DNA from: an uncultured Thermoplasmatales archaeon
GTDB lineage: Archaea; Thermoplasmatota; E2; DHVEG-1
NCBI GenBank assembly: GCA_964391625.1
Contig: CAYMMP010000001.1
Span: 1 to 62,040, forward strand
Length of the DNA stretch: 62,040 bases
Direction of reading: 5' to 3'
Shown: positions 17,732 through 25,726 of the stretch, piece by piece
Layout: each line of letters starts with the position of its first letter
Position numbering within the stretch: the first letter of the stretch is position 1
Translations under genes and position numbers: made by a program
The notes under the pieces: generated by a model
What the model was told of the DNA's origin: nothing
The model's database searches: none
The model's input: only the letters and a program-made list of their open reading frames with translations

Positions 17732-18088
17732 TTAAAATGAAAAGGTTATCTGAGCGTCATTTATATCTGCCATAAATGAAGTCGCTCCAACAATTTCAAG
17801 ATCATCTCTAAGTTCTTCTTTTGTTAAATCTTTTGCTTCCAATGCTAGTTCACAAAGAAGTAATCTGCCTCCAAGAGTCTTTACTCCCTCGACTAGCTCT
17901 GCCATATCAGGCATACCTTTACCAGTTATTTTCTCAAGCTCTCCTTTTTTCAAAGCTGGTGCAGCACCAGGGGTAAAAAATAAAACAACCTCATCACCAG
18001 AAGCCGCCGCACTAGAAGCCAAGATAAAAGTTGGGTAAAGATTTTTGCTTTCTGCTCCGTTACATACAATAGCTACTTTTTTACTCAT
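17732..18088 (-). CDS. DsrE/DsrF/DrsH-like sulfur-relay family protein
   Basis: 118 aa. KKVAIVCNGAESKNLYPTFILASSAAASGDEVVLFFT shows a Rossmann-like DsrE fold pattern, with a conserved Cys in RLLLCELA. A strong AGGAGG lies 6 nt upstream of the ATG. Confidence 0.65.
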   Translation of the reverse strand: MSKKVAIVCNGAESKNLYPTFILASSAAASGDEVVLFFTPGAAPALKKGELEKITGKGMPDMAELVEGVKTLGGRLLLCELALEAKDLTKEELRDDLEIVGATSFMADINDAQITFSF

Positions 18089-18107
18089 AATGTGCCTCCT
18101 GTTAGGT

Positions 18108-18121
18108 CAATATTCATATTG
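18108..18121. promoter_or_regulatory. Palindrome CAATAT-TC-ATATTG between TATA-like box and dsrE-like start
   Basis: Perfect 6-2-6 inverted repeat located between ttatata (minus strand, ~18122-18128) and the AGGAGG/ATG of the dsrE-like gene. AT-rich palindromes arise easily by chance here. Confidence 0.2.
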
Positions 18122-18220
18122 TATATAATTCTTGTGGTTTTTTATTAATTTAGAATAGAAAAGATAAGATATTATTTTTAATTTGAAATCTTTATATATT
18201 CCTATTGAATACTCTTTTTA

Positions 18221-18784
18221 GTGAAACTTATTGACAACATAGATAAAAAGATCATTACATTAATTAATAATAATTGGGAGCAGGGTGCTACAAAAATTGG
18301 GCGAAAATTGGGCTTATCTCATACTGCAGTCCGGTCAAGATTGGAACGTCTTAAAAGAGATATTATAAAAGTAAATTGCAATGTCGATCTTGAGAGATTA
18401 GGGCTAAAACTATTTCTTGTTTGCCTTGAAGCACGATTTAAAGATAAAGTTGTTGGTCATGTAAAAAATTGCCCAAAAATAATAAACTATTTTGACACAT
18501 ATGGCGAATATAATTTTATAATACTGGCTGCTGCTGAGAATATGAACACCATGGAGTCAATGATAGAACAATGTTTTTCATTCAACTTTACAGACATTAC
18601 TAAATACAACGTAATACCCCTCACAAATTCCCCCTCCACATATCAACCCATATCATTCTATTCAGAAGATGAAAAAAAGAAGATGAAGTGTGATTTTGAA
18701 ACAGAATGTTTTCAGTGTAAATCATTCAAAGAGGATAGATGTGTGGGATGCCCATTGCAAGAGGGATATCAAGGAATACTATAG
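18221..18784 (+). CDS. Lrp/AsnC-like wHTH regulator with C-terminal five-Cys module (paralog of 10599-11177)
   Basis: IDKKIITLINNNWEQGATKIGRKLGLSHTAVRSRLERLKRD at the N-terminus. The C-terminus is CDFETECFQCKSFKEDRCVGCP, with the same C-x5-C-x2-C-x7-C-x2-CP spacing. The GTG start lies ~25 nt downstream of tttatata (18191-18198), so the mRNA may be leaderless. Confidence 0.6.
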   Translation: MKLIDNIDKKIITLINNNWEQGATKIGRKLGLSHTAVRSRLERLKRDIIKVNCNVDLERLGLKLFLVCLEARFKDKVVGHVKNCPKIINYFDTYGEYNFIILAAAENMNTMESMIEQCFSFNFTDITKYNVIPLTNSPSTYQPISFYSEDEKKKMKCDFETECFQCKSFKEDRCVGCPLQEGYQGIL

Positions 18785-18837
18785 GGTTAGTTAAAAACAA
18801 AACTCAATATTCAATAATTATCATTATCTGAAGGTTT

Positions 18838-19836
18838 TTACCAATAACTGATTTTAGAGGTTTCTCCGATAGGCCCCAGTTTTTTCAGATCATTAGCAAA
18901 ATCAGCAACAGCACTTTCAAGTTTTGCAGATTCTCTGCTGGAAAACCACCCCATCCTAATCCGTTCTGGCTCAATGTTAATCTGTTTGAGTGAGTCTTTA
19001 AACAATAAAATTTTTTTCCTAGCCCTATAATTTCCATCATGTTCGCATTCATTTGGTGGACAGCCAGCAACCATGACACCCCATGCACCTTCTTTAAATG
19101 AATGCAATATCAGCTCTGGAGTCACACGACCTGAGCACAATGTAACGATAACCCCATACGTTGTATTTATCAACGTTGTCGATTCGCTCAATTGCAATCC
19201 CGGGAACAATGACCAGTTGCAAGCGAAAACAATAATTTTTGTATTGTTTGTTTTAAGAAAGCTTGAAATTTGAGTTTTTAACTCTGACGGCGTTATACCA
19301 AACCCTTCTTTTTGAGAGGGCACTCCTGAAGGGCATGTTGCCACGCACAAACCACAGCCCTCACACTTAGCTCTATCAACAGTAACCTTTCTATTTCCAA
19401 TATCATCTTCCGTGAATGATAAGGCCTCTGACTTACACACAGAGATACACATTCCGCAAGCACTACATAGCTCTTCAGAAACTTTGGTTGTGGTGCCTTC
19501 TGAATCAAAACCTGCATCAATAAAATCTGCTCTTGCGTCAGTGAAAATATCTGTGATTGGAACACCTGCTGAGCAATTGTCACTGCACTGATTGCAATAA
19601 AAACATTGGAATATTTTTTCTGATATTTCCTGACTTGGTTTAAATTTATCAGAGAGTAATCCATGTAGAGTTACTAGTTTGCCCCTAGGAGCATTTGACT
19701 CCCAATTAAACGCTTTATATAAAGGGCAAAGCTCATAACAATAACCGCATCGTATACATTTGTTAAGCTCATTCTCCCACTTTTTTAGCCGTTTGAACTT
19801 GGTTTTTGTGGTAGGCTCAACCGTTTTTGTTCCCAT
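18838..19836 (-). CDS. GlcF/HdrD-N-type ferredoxin + 2x[4Fe-4S] ferredoxin + MvhD-like domain fusion protein
   Basis: CIRCGYCYELCPLY...APRGK, CFYCNQCSDNCSAGVP, CSACGMCISVC, CEGCGLCVATCP, then FACNWS...LCSGRV...GCPPNECEHDGN. It is a paralog of 45461-46423. Confidence 0.7.
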   Translation of the reverse strand: MGTKTVEPTTKTKFKRLKKWENELNKCIRCGYCYELCPLYKAFNWESNAPRGKLVTLHGLLSDKFKPSQEISEKIFQCFYCNQCSDNCSAGVPITDIFTDARADFIDAGFDSEGTTTKVSEELCSACGMCISVCKSEALSFTEDDIGNRKVTVDRAKCEGCGLCVATCPSGVPSQKEGFGITPSELKTQISSFLKTNNTKIIVFACNWSLFPGLQLSESTTLINTTYGVIVTLCSGRVTPELILHSFKEGAWGVMVAGCPPNECEHDGNYRARKKILLFKDSLKQINIEPERIRMGWFSSRESAKLESAVADFANDLKKLGPIGETSKISYW

Positions 19837-20146
19837 CTTGGCAACTCCACCTTAAAATCTGTAGCAAATGTTTGATCCTTAAACATATCCATAATCTTGA
19901 GTGAATTCAACTGATATTATGTTCAAGAATTTTCTTCAACGTTTCTCTTAGTTTAATAGTACAAAATAGATGTGCGAGTAGAAATATCTTTTGTTATATT
20001 TAGGAATATTTTTCATTTAAAAAAACCTATCTCGCCCCCATGCTATTGGTGTCTTCTTATTAATTTGCCTTTGATGATACTTATTTACAAAGATTATTTA
20101 CTTTTCTTCAAAAGTTTTAAAAAATAATTGAATAATAAGTAGACTA

Positions 20147-20887
20147 TCACAATGCTTTGTAAACCGTAAGAAGTGCAAGAATTATGATAAGAACTGAAAG
20201 CCCGATCTCCAACCACTTTGGCTTTGTTTTCAATGATATTTTGCTTCCGGTCCTTGCACCAAGTATTGACCCTGCAAGAACAGATAAAGCAGGTAGCCAG
20301 ATTATATTTCCACGGTGCCAGTATATACTTATTGCAAAGATTGCTGTAAAAATTGTCACAAACAGAGAAGTAGCAATTGCTTTGTGTATGTCAAGTTTCA
20401 TGGCTCTAAGAAAAGGAGGAAAAAGAGAACCTCCACTGCCACCACGCATACCCGTGATAAGATTTAAAAAAAACGAGAAACCTACAATGTTATACCTATT
20501 GGGATTGATTTTCTCTGATAGTGTAGGTGCTATCTTGTCCAGATAGATCGCCATGACTGTAATTATAGCAGTTATAACAAATAGGATTGCTAAGACAATA
20601 TTTGAGATCAACCCAACAAGAAAAGCTCCTGTTATAGACCCTATTGTGCCACCAATGATAACATAGACCGCGATTTTTCTATCAATATTCTTCCTATGAG
20701 TAGCTGCACCTATCAATGAGGAGAAAGGTATAACGAAGAGATTTATCCCAAAAGCGGATATTAGGGGGAGCCCTGCAAGATTGAGCAGGGGAATCCTAAC
20801 AGAGCCGCCACCAATCCCAAATATCCCACTCATAAGACCAGCGATAAGCCCAATAATAAAATAAATTATTATTAGTGTAATTTCCAT
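20147..20887 (-). CDS. TSUP (TauE/SafE) family anion transporter
   Basis: Hydrophobic ~246 aa with two GxGGG-type repeats (GIFGIGGGSVRIPLL and MRGGSGGSLFPPFL). ATG 20887 is preceded by GAGGG; the track start TTG 20902 is less likely. Confidence 0.8.
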   Translation of the reverse strand: MEITLIIIYFIIGLIAGLMSGIFGIGGGSVRIPLLNLAGLPLISAFGINLFVIPFSSLIGAATHRKNIDRKIAVYVIIGGTIGSITGAFLVGLISNIVLAILFVITAIITVMAIYLDKIAPTLSEKINPNRYNIVGFSFFLNLITGMRGGSGGSLFPPFLRAMKLDIHKAIATSLFVTIFTAIFAISIYWHRGNIIWLPALSVLAGSILGARTGSKISLKTKPKWLEIGLSVLIIILALLTVYKAL

Positions 20888-21084
20888 AGTGTTAACCCTC
20901 AATTATATCTCAAGATCATTGATTTCCTCTAGAACTTGCCTGGTTTTAATTCTTTGATGATACTGTTGCATCCTCCTTTTAGTATATGTATATTTTTATA
21001 GCAATATACCATCAGAGATGCATATCTTATCGTCCTCCTCACATCGTTAGATCAAAAGATCCCCAGGCTTTTCTTTTTCTATAT

Positions 21085-21216
21085 TTAATCAATTATTTTT
21101 TGAAGTAATTTCTTTATATCCTCAGTAGTTGGAATACGTCCTACACCTTTTACTTCACTATTTATAAAAACAGCAGGTGTCATAATTACACCACGATTCA
21201 CAATCTCCTGCAAATC
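21085..21216 (-). pseudogene. Remnant of a small thioredoxin-fold protein (redox-active disulfide protein 2-like), C-terminal part only
   Basis: Translates to DLQEIVNRGVIMTPAVFINSEVKGVGRIPTTEDIKKLLQKIID*, resembling the ..GVMSTPALVINGKVV..G..PS.EEIKKLL end of ~77-aa thioredoxin-like proteins. The frame opens only at 21222 (after a TAA), so the CxxC-bearing N-terminus is absent. Confidence 0.4.
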
Positions 21217-21218
21217 CT

Positions 21219-22664
21219 CTATTTACCTGTAGAAACAACTAATTTCTGCTCTTCAACAAGACTCTCGTGCGCCTCCTTATTATATATGCATCCTGAGTCA
21301 GGTGCAAGATAATCACCAGTATATGCATAAGCCCTTGCCCTGCATCCACCACAATAATAACGATAATCGCAAGTACTGCATCTATGCAATAAATCCTTGT
21401 CTCTCAATTCCTGGAAGACTTTATTATGTATCCACAATTCTTCAAAATCATCCTTCAGAATATTTCCAACCTTCAACGGGAAAAACACGCAGGGTTGCAG
21501 ATCGCCATTAGCACGCATCGACATATAAAACCGGCCTGCTCCACAGCCCCCAATAAACTCTGCCAAGTCAACAAGTTGATCAGCTAGTTTGGGATTATAA
21601 AAATGAGTTGGCACCACCTTTTCTTTTTCTCCTTCTTCCTGTTGAAGAGCAACACGGGCAAACTGGGGAGCTGTTGAAAGCACATTTAGTTTCTTTCTTA
21701 TTTTTAACTCATTCCACAACATTTTAAGCATTTCTTCTCGTTCATTTGGAGAAAGATCCATATTTATGATGTCTGTTCCTCTCCCAGTAGGAACGAAATT
21801 AAACGCCATAAACCAATCTGCACCAAGCTTTTCACTAAAGTTTATGATATGTGGAATTTCTTTGTAATTGTATTTAGTTACAGTAGTTGAAACCTCCACA
21901 AAAAATTTCTCCTCTACACAATTTCTTATACCCTGAACAGTCTTATCAAACGCTCCATCTATACCTCTAAATGCATCATGGGTTTTTGCATTTAATCCAT
22001 CAAGACTAATCTGAACGAACTCAACCCCCGCAGTTTTCATCTCTCTTGCCTTTTTCTTTGTGATAAGAGTACCATTTGTAGCCATCGCAACATAAATTCC
22101 TTTATCCGCAGCATATCTTGTAAGCTCTAAGATATCAGGTCGTACTAGAGGTTCGCCTCCTGAAAATGCCAGTATGGCAACACCTGCCCGATCAAAAATA
22201 TCAATTGCATGCTTAGCCTGCTTTGTTGTCAGCTCATCCTTCCATGGTTTACCCGCAGTTGCATAACAATGCTTGCAATGAAGATTACACAGATAAGTAA
22301 CATCCCATACAACCTGGAATGGTGCACCAGGTGTGAACGGTTTTTTTATTCCAAATTCAGCAATGCCTCTTATTGTTGAAGACAGGCCTTTTGCCCAGTA
22401 AGGATCGCTAAATTTCTCTTTCAATTCATCTTCAGTGACACCAAACGCAGAGGCACCTTTTTTAAGAACTGTAGCAATTATTTTTTCAGTAGCTTTACAT
22501 GAAAGACAGGCATCCTTACGTTGCCCTGTATATATATCCACTGCTACTTCTATTCTATTTTTCCCATCCTTTTTACAGTACTTACTCATACCTTTAAGAG
22601 CAGTTCTTGTAATAGGATTTCCAATTGTACTTTTTAATACTCCTATGGTTGTTTTAGTTTTCAT
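21219..22664 (-). CDS. Radical SAM enzyme with C-terminal SPASM/twitch Cys-rich domain and ~120-aa N-terminal extension
   Basis: YLCNLHCKHCY (CxxxCxxC) at residues ~125-135, GGEPLVRPD, and C-terminal GGCGAGRFYMSMRANGDLQPCVF...CSTCDYRYYCGGCRARAY. Confidence 0.85.
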   Translation of the reverse strand: MKTKTTIGVLKSTIGNPITRTALKGMSKYCKKDGKNRIEVAVDIYTGQRKDACLSCKATEKIIATVLKKGASAFGVTEDELKEKFSDPYWAKGLSSTIRGIAEFGIKKPFTPGAPFQVVWDVTYLCNLHCKHCYATAGKPWKDELTTKQAKHAIDIFDRAGVAILAFSGGEPLVRPDILELTRYAADKGIYVAMATNGTLITKKKAREMKTAGVEFVQISLDGLNAKTHDAFRGIDGAFDKTVQGIRNCVEEKFFVEVSTTVTKYNYKEIPHIINFSEKLGADWFMAFNFVPTGRGTDIINMDLSPNEREEMLKMLWNELKIRKKLNVLSTAPQFARVALQQEEGEKEKVVPTHFYNPKLADQLVDLAEFIGGCGAGRFYMSMRANGDLQPCVFFPLKVGNILKDDFEELWIHNKVFQELRDKDLLHRCSTCDYRYYCGGCRARAYAYTGDYLAPDSGCIYNKEAHESLVEEQKLVVSTGK

Positions 22665-23222
22665 TCAAACCATACCTCCCCCAGTTTTAGGAACTATTTT
22701 TCTTAAATTCTCTTCATTAGTAAAAAATTTTATAGCTTGAGGGACCGCTCTTCTTAATATAAATCCTTTATTTTGTGCAAGATCTTTAAGTAGAACTTTT
22801 GGACGGAGATAAAATTTTAAATACGCAAACTCTAGGAATTTTGTTATCTGATCTGAGGTAAAACATTTTAGATTAAGTATCGGATCAATTGTGGTAAATT
22901 TTCTCCAATCAAATGTTGTAAGCAATTTTTCTTTTAGAGACATATTCCACAGTCGTGTACCTGGATACGGTGTTGCAATAGTGAACTGCGCAAAATCTAC
23001 ACCAACCTTTCTTGAAAATTTTAAGGTTCTTTTTACATCACTTTTGCTTTCCTGTGGAAATCCTATAATAAACGAACCGAAAGTGCGAAGACCTGCTTCT
23101 TCAGCGTTTTTTACAGAAATCTTTGATTGTTCAGGTGTAACACCCTTACCAATAAAATCTAGTATTTTTTGTGTACCTGACTCTATACCAAAATATATTG
23201 TATTTGCTCCCGCTTTTTTCAT
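22665..23222 (-). pseudogene. C-terminal half of a (class B-like) radical SAM enzyme, lacking cluster-binding N-terminus
   Basis: MKKAGANTIYFGIESGTQKILDFIGKGVT...GFPQESKSDVKRTLKF...TIATPYPGTRLW corresponds to the distal half of the rSAM barrel. There is no CxxxCxxC and no room upstream, because the TSUP gene ends at 23232. Confidence 0.5.
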
Positions 23223-23231
23223 TATATCATC

Positions 23232-24056
23232 TTATATCGGTAACCCCAACCAGGAAAACACCCCAATCATCTTTAGACCCATATAAATCATTACAACTAT
23301 GAATATATACTTCAGTTGTTTTGCTGGAAGTTTATGAGCAAAATGTGCTCCCACCTGAGCCATCGGGACACTTGTCACAGCAAGCAACAACCATTGAAGA
23401 AGATTTACATATCCTACTGAATACTCTGGCAGACCAGCTACACTCCATCCAGTAGCAATATATGATATAGCTCCACCTATTGCAGTGAAAATCATCATCC
23501 CTGTAGATGTACCTACTGCTTTGTGAATATTAAACCTCAATGCCACAACCATAACAGGTATCATCAATACCCCACCACCGATACCAATCAAGCCACAGGC
23601 AAATCCTAAGGGAAGGCCCCATAAGATATACGGCAAACTGCTATCTGGCGGATGCTCCTCAACTTTTGGTGGTTTTGCTGTAAGCATTCGTATTGCCCCT
23701 GCGATAATTGCTATTCCAAAAGCAGCAGTCAGCACGTTTCCTGGGAGAAGGGTTGCTACAAAGGCGCCAAGTATGGAAGCTATCGCACCTGAAACGCCCA
23801 TAATAACAGCAGGTTTCCACATAACTGCATTCTTCTTTGAATGACGATGGGCACCGCTCATTGCAGTGGGAAGTACAACCAACAGATTTGTACCAAAAGC
23901 TACAAGAATAGCAATCTTTGGTCCAACACCCATTGATGTTAAGACCCAGTATTGAACAGGTATCATAATGAAACATCCGCCAACCCCTAGCAACCCAGAT
24001 GCAAATCCTACTCCAAGACCAGTTATTAAAAGCGCCATTATCAATATCAATTCCAT
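23232..24056 (-). CDS. TSUP (TauE/SafE) family anion transporter
   Basis: 274-aa hydrophobic ORF with duplicated G.GGG motifs (GLLGVGGCFIMIPV and GLIGIGGGVLMIPV). Confidence 0.8.
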   Translation of the reverse strand: MELILIMALLITGLGVGFASGLLGVGGCFIMIPVQYWVLTSMGVGPKIAILVAFGTNLLVVLPTAMSGAHRHSKKNAVMWKPAVIMGVSGAIASILGAFVATLLPGNVLTAAFGIAIIAGAIRMLTAKPPKVEEHPPDSSLPYILWGLPLGFACGLIGIGGGVLMIPVMVVALRFNIHKAVGTSTGMMIFTAIGGAISYIATGWSVAGLPEYSVGYVNLLQWLLLAVTSVPMAQVGAHFAHKLPAKQLKYIFIVVMIYMGLKMIGVFSWLGLPI

Positions 24057-24072
24057 TTTTTAACACCCTCTT

Positions 24073-24336
24073 TCAATTTGATCGGTTGTTCACAATTTTT
24101 AGAATGTTTTTGACTTTTTTATTTGTAAGTTTGTAATAAACACTTTTACCGTCTCTTCTTGATTTAAGAACACCTAAATTTTCCAGTTTTGCCAGTTGAA
24201 TTGAAACCGTTGATTGTGTTCTTTTTGTATGCGGAATAATTTCACAAACACATTTTTCCCCATCAAGAAGAAATTTTACTATCTTTAGTCTTGTTTCATC
24301 GCATAACGCCTTGAATATTTTTAATGATTCTTTCAT
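24073..24336 (-). CDS. ArsR/SmtB-family metalloregulatory HTH repressor
   Basis: LCDETRLKIVKFLLDGEKCVCEIIPHTKRTQSTVSIQLAKLENLGVLKSRRDGKSVYYKL, with the CVCE metal/metalloid-site motif. Confidence 0.85.
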   Translation of the reverse strand: MKESLKIFKALCDETRLKIVKFLLDGEKCVCEIIPHTKRTQSTVSIQLAKLENLGVLKSRRDGKSVYYKLTNKKVKNILKIVNNRSN

Positions 24337-24436
24337 ATTGACATATTGATGTTTGTCAATATATATAAGGTTTACGTTTTATCAAGAATAACTTACAAAA
24401 TATATGGGAAGAATAATATCTCCCAATTAATTTCTT

Positions 24437-25675
24437 TTACAGATTATTTAACATCATATTAAATCTTTTACCATTTTTATCCTTCAATAAAAACAATGAA
24501 AGAAACATCACAATAGTCACTACGCAGAAAGTGAACATATATCCAAGCACCTCGATAAACACTCCACCAATCAACGGAAGAATAATTGTTAGTACGTTAA
24601 GAGTTCCCCTTATACCTAAATAAACAGTTCTTTTTGATTCAGGTGCAATATCAAGGAAATAAGGATCAAAACCAATGGTTCTACCACTTCTAATAAAACC
24701 TATTAGCACAAAGATTGTTGTAAAATAATACGGACCTAAAGGAACTATGAGTAACGAAAGAATAGGTATTAATGCCCCTATAAAGATACATATTTCTATA
24801 ACTGCTTTTGAACTAAATTTCTTTGATATCACTCCCCAAAATAAATTTGAAACAATAGCGCCCACAATAATTGCAAAAAGATAGATGCTGAGAAGTGTTA
24901 TACCAAAAGTATCCTTGGCATAAACTATGTAAAATGGAAGTATCATCAAACTAAAACTTGTAAGATTTTCTACAAGTATAAACCTTGAAAAACTTTTATC
25001 CGATTTTAATATCTCTGGGATTTTTTTAACAAAAACAAAAAAAGACACATATTTCTCTATTTTTGAAGGTGGTTCTTTAATACGCCAAAATGCCCCAGAT
25101 GCAATAAGTAAACCAATGAATCCCATAAACAAAATGAGAGCATAATTAGTCGGGTAGGAAATATTTGAAACGTTGAAAGCAAATGCAATAACAAACCCAC
25201 CAATCAAGAAACCTATGCTACTGAAAAATTGTTTAAAAGCATACAGGTTTCCCCTTTCTCCTTTTTTCAAAAACTTACCAATTAGATCTGTATAAACAAT
25301 GCCTGCAAATCCTCCACTAAATGAAAATAAAAATACCCAGAAAAATAGACTCATGATTACAATTTGAGGATTTTGATTTGCATATGTGTAGACAAAAAAA
25401 GCCATTCCAAGAAAAGAAAATGCTCTGAGAGTTATCCCAAGTAGGAGAAATTTTTTCTTAAATTTTTTTGAGGAAAGATAATGGCCAAATATTAAATTAA
25501 AAATAAGAGGGATACCAAACATTGTCGAATAAATAGCACCAAAAATAATCTTTGATTCAGTTAATGAAGAAATTAAAGAAGGGAAAACTGTATTAAAATC
25601 AATCATTGACATTGTAATTGCCAGGAAAAAAGCATGCCAAATGAAAATCGCGTAGATTGATTTTTTGTTGTTCAT
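24437..25675 (-). CDS. MFS-type transporter
   Basis: 412 aa with ~12 predicted TM segments and a central loop at ~190-215. Confidence 0.7.
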   Translation of the reverse strand: MNNKKSIYAIFIWHAFFLAITMSMIDFNTVFPSLISSLTESKIIFGAIYSTMFGIPLIFNLIFGHYLSSKKFKKKFLLLGITLRAFSFLGMAFFVYTYANQNPQIVIMSLFFWVFLFSFSGGFAGIVYTDLIGKFLKKGERGNLYAFKQFFSSIGFLIGGFVIAFAFNVSNISYPTNYALILFMGFIGLLIASGAFWRIKEPPSKIEKYVSFFVFVKKIPEILKSDKSFSRFILVENLTSFSLMILPFYIVYAKDTFGITLLSIYLFAIIVGAIVSNLFWGVISKKFSSKAVIEICIFIGALIPILSLLIVPLGPYYFTTIFVLIGFIRSGRTIGFDPYFLDIAPESKRTVYLGIRGTLNVLTIILPLIGGVFIEVLGYMFTFCVVTIVMFLSLFLLKDKNGKRFNMMLNNL

Positions 25676-25726
25676 TAGATTTCACCCGATATTTATTTTA
25701 AAAAGTATTTTATTATACTGCTGGCA

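Noticed and set aside
20069-20964. A 13-nt direct repeat, CTTTGATGATACT, on both sides of the TSUP gene (20069-20081 and 20952-20964). It was considered as target-site duplication or insertion scars, or as C-box (UGAUGA) elements of C/D sRNAs.
   Set aside because: By a rough estimate, chance 13-mer matches are likely in about 62 kb of AT-rich sequence. No matching D boxes (CUGA) occur at appropriate spacing, and no mobile-element genes are present.
20903-21084. A 22-codon ORF (MQQYHQRIKTRQVLEEINDLEI) on the minus strand upstream of the TSUP gene, preceded by AGGAGG.
   Set aside because: The AGGAGG abuts the ATG with no spacer. There is no family resemblance, and the ORF is too short to support.
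22662-22667. An in-frame TGA between the radical-SAM fragment and the radical SAM/SPASM gene, considered as a possible selenocysteine or read-through site.
   Set aside because: The TGA is followed directly by an ATG. The fused product would place a C-terminal barrel half in front of a complete rSAM domain, which makes no structural sense. No Cys/Sec-type active-site context is present.
23659-24066. 135-aa minus-strand ORF overlapping the TSUP gene in another frame. Same-strand alternative-frame ORFs also occur at 31072-31353, 19293-19664, 9632-9841 and 55249-55494.
   Set aside because: The overlapped genes have strong family signatures. The alternative frames give Cys/Trp/Arg-rich or otherwise implausible sequences.
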